Source: Thermodesulfobacteriota bacterium (lineage in GTDB: Bacteria; Desulfobacterota_D; UBA1144; Nemesobacterales; JAJCZQ01). Taken from it: a stretch of 64,000 nucleotides of DNA. A model generated the notes under the pieces. The model was not told where the DNA came from. It saw only the letters and a list, made by a program, of their open reading frames with translations, and searched no databases. The stretch is taken from assembly GCA_965215275.1 (NCBI GenBank), contig OZ244044.1, forward strand, positions 1,093,561 to 1,157,560. Reading direction: 5' to 3'. A program made the position numbers and the translations under genes. The first letter of the stretch is position 1. Each line of letters begins with the position of its first letter. This document shows positions 61,895-64,000 of the stretch, one piece after another.

Positions 61895-62767
61895 TTGAAA
61901 ATTGGCATCATAGGTAAAAGAGATACAAAAGAAGTTTATTCCGTTGTAAGTGATCTCATTAAATGGTTTGAAAAAAAGGAAATTGAGTTCTGGGTGGATG
62001 AAGAACTTGCACAGAACATCAAGGTTAAAAGATTTTTCAAGCAGAATGACCTGCCTAAAGAGATTGAACTCGTTGTCGTCTTCGGTGGAGATGGTACTTT
62101 CCTCAGTGCCTCTCAACAGGTAAACAAAAACAATATCCCGATACTCGGATTCAATCTGGGAGGGCTTGGTTTTCTTACCGAATTTACCGTAAATGAGATC
62201 TTTCCTATAATGGAGAAGGTCATTGAAGGTGATTATGAGATTGAGGAACGGGAGATGGTGTTGGCGTCTGTGGTCAAATCGGGAAGAAAGCCAGAGGAGT
62301 ATCATATCCTGAACGAATTAGTTATTAACAATGGCGCAGTTTCAAGAATTATTGATCTTGCAATATTCATAGATGGTAATAAGATCACGACTTTCAAGGC
62401 AGATGGAGTTATTTTTGCTACTCCTACCGGTTCAACCGCTTATTCTCTATCCGCTGGAGGTCCTATCGCATATCCGACCTTACCTGTAATCTTAATTACA
62501 CCAATTTGCCCACATATTCTGACAAACAGACCTTTGGTGGTATCAAACAATATGGAGATCAAGGTTAAAGTACTAACTGAAGATCAGAATGCATACGTAA
62601 CGCTAGACGGACAGAAAACATTAACACTAGGTATGAACGATGAAGTGATACTAAAAAAATCCAGATCCAAAGTCAAGTTAATTAAGTCGCCCTTTAGAGA
62701 CTATTTCTCTATACTTAAAACAAAGCTTATGTGGGGTGAGAGATATGGAACAATCAATGAAAAATAG
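61895..62767 (+). CDS. nadK: NAD+ kinase
   Basis: 290 aa, GGDGT motif. Confidence 0.85.
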   Translation: MKIGIIGKRDTKEVYSVVSDLIKWFEKKEIEFWVDEELAQNIKVKRFFKQNDLPKEIELVVVFGGDGTFLSASQQVNKNNIPILGFNLGGLGFLTEFTVNEIFPIMEKVIEGDYEIEEREMVLASVVKSGRKPEEYHILNELVINNGAVSRIIDLAIFIDGNKITTFKADGVIFATPTGSTAYSLSAGGPIAYPTLPVILITPICPHILTNRPLVVSNNMEIKVKVLTEDQNAYVTLDGQKTLTLGMNDEVILKKSRSKVKLIKSPFRDYFSILKTKLMWGERYGTINEK

Positions 62768-62911
62768 ACTTTTCCACCGTTGTAGTGCCAAGACAAGGAA
62801 TCGTGGTAGTTTGATTTATGGAGATTATCTGCTTAATTACCAAAAAACTTACATCGCTTCCCTGCACTGACTTTAAAGGTTTGAACAGATTGTTTAGCAT
62901 AAAAATTATTC

Positions 62912-62941
62912 TTGACATTCATTAATAATACAAAGTAAAAT
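62912..62941 (+). promoter_or_regulatory. sigma70-type promoter (TTGACA, 18-nt spacer, TAAAAT) for paralog 3, same block as paralogs 1 and 2
   Basis: cttgacattcattaataatacaaagtaaaat, compared with cttgacattcgttcataatacctggtaaaat. Confidence 0.55.
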
Positions 62942-62951
62942 AGAAAAAGTC

Positions 62952-64000
62952 ATGAACATCCTGTTTAGAGTAACACCCCCCCCCATAAGTTATTAATTCC
63001 CTTTTTCTTTCTTCTGTGCTTTGTAAACGTTGGTGCATATGGTCAGACCAGCGTTGATAACTGCGACTCCAGTGCAACGACAGAAGCTACATTGACAGTA
63101 GCCGGAAGTACACGTAGTGGAAGTTTAGCTGCCGGTGCTGATCCGCATTACTTTCAGATAGACGTGAATGAAAGATTGATCGTGGCTATAATAGTAACCT
63201 TCCCCTTCTCCAATGATCAGGGATACAGTTTACAGGTATGTGACAGCAATAATTATCTGATAGCAAGTGCTGCTGGAGTTCGTATTGAGGATGAGGGTAT
63301 AGTGAAGGTCACTATAGAAACCCGCCTCAGACCTGGAACGTACTATATAGTAGTGGGAAGCCGTGTTGCCACGTCCTACAATGTTGCAGTTGTGGTATCT
63401 GATCTTAATACTGTATTTGATGATGACTGCCCGGAAAGTAGTACTACAAATTATCCAAACGACACCTTATACGGTTGTCAGTGGTATCTGAAACGTCAGG
63501 CGGGTGAGTTTATATTAGGTGAAAAGACAATACCCGATACGGAATATGCAGACATAAACATAGAAGAGGTCTGGGATGATAACGTATTTGGAGCTGAGAT
63601 TAACGTAGCGGTGGTAGATCATGGCATGGACACAGATCATGAGGACCTTGCTGATAACGTGGATACTACACTTTCTCATGATTACTCAGGAAGCGGTGAT
63701 CTGTACAGTCCTTTCAGTGGTCGCGGCACACGTGTGGCAGGCATTATAGCAGCAGTGGGTGATAACAGCCTTGGAGTAAGAGGTGTAGCACCTCAGGCAA
63801 GCATCTACAGTTATAATTTAGCTGATAACTTCAGTGATACTAATGCAAAGGACGCCATGGTCCGTAATAAGGATATAACGGCTGTATCTGTCAACAACTG
63901 GGGACCGAAGGACCTGCCGGTTCTTACAGAGGCTTCATCAGAGTGGGAAGAAGGAGTGGAAACTGGTATAAGAGAAGGATTTGGTGGTAAAGGAGTATTT
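62952..64000 (+). pseudogene. paralog 3 of the kexin-like surface protein family (5' part only, continues beyond the window). Currently frameshifted at the C9 tract. Encodes a signal peptide, an extra N-terminal about 140-aa β-sandwich-like domain, then the subtilase-like domain (Asp retained in VVDHGMD, His→Arg in GRGTRVAG).
   Basis: Frame 62984-64000 has no stop and translates HKLLIPFFFLLCFVNVGAYGQTSVDNCD...YGCQWYLKRQ...VAVVDHGMDTDHEDL...SGRGTRVAGIIAAVGDNSLGVRGVAPQASIYSY...MVRNKDITAVSVNNWG...EWEEGVETGIREGFGGKGVF, homologous to paralogs 1 and 2. Confidence 0.75.
62976..62984 (+). repeat. homopolymeric C9 tract at codons 9-11 of paralog 3; out of phase
   Basis: ATG(62952) AAC ATC CTG TTT AGA GTA ACA CCC CCC CCC ATA AGT TAT TAA. 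The long open frame begins at 62984 (+1 relative). Confidence 0.85.

Overview
The window is a bacterial chromosomal segment of moderate GC content, gene-dense and mostly housekeeping. Genes present include argD (partial), argB, purH, an mlaD-like gene, a cysP (PiT family)–cysH pair, ispE, the nadA-nadC-nadB operon, glnD, a PduO-type cobalamin adenosyltransferase, nuoE-like and IDH-like genes, a futalosine-pathway menaquinone late cluster (mqnC/E, UbiD-like, UbiX, UbiA-like), birA, a tRNA-Met(CAT), a COG1579 Zn-ribbon gene followed by rnhA and rnpB (RNase P RNA, no ORF), tyrS, gltD-gltB, argG, queA, aroC, prfB with the classic +1 programmed frameshift, and nadK.

Three accessory themes are superimposed on this backbone.

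1. A mobile-element cluster at 1.38–8.5 kb. It holds a TnpB (IS605 OrfB-type) gene bounded by 27-bp imperfect inverted repeats. The 13-nt tips of these repeats are identical to the terminal inverted repeats of an adjacent intact IS1595/ISXO2-like element, so the two can form a composite transposon enclosing a TolC-like outer-membrane gene. A second IS1595-family transposase in the cluster is frameshifted. Between the two IS1595 copies lies an AT-rich islet encoding a minimal ThiF/E1-like adenylyltransferase, a predicted DUB-like papain-fold Cys peptidase, and a small basic protein.

2. A three-member paralogous family of very large secreted kexin-like proteins (copy 1 at 8704–12483, copy 2 at 24962–29009, copy 3 from 62952 to the window end). 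Each has a subtilase domain, a P-domain, an array of He_PIG/cadherin-like repeats, and a C-terminal Gly-run/Cys–TM–basic sorting signal. The catalytic triad appears substituted (Asp→Ser, His→Ser/Arg, Ser→Val/Phe), which would make them pseudoproteases. All three share a near-identical sigma70 promoter block and carry a poly-C tract at codons 5–8, with an extra 11–12 C tract in the 5' UTR of copies 1 and 2. Only copy 1 is in frame. Copy 2 is off by one nucleotide and also carries an in-frame TGA. Copy 3 needs ±1 C. This is the signature of slipped-strand phase variation of a surface protein family.

3. Translational oddities. rnhA has no canonical start codon. The conserved N-terminal 77 aa of glnD lies upstream of any ATG/GTG/TTG, in frame with the preceding O-methyltransferase through a single TGA.

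All calls are from reading the sequence and the ORF translations by eye. No database searches were run.
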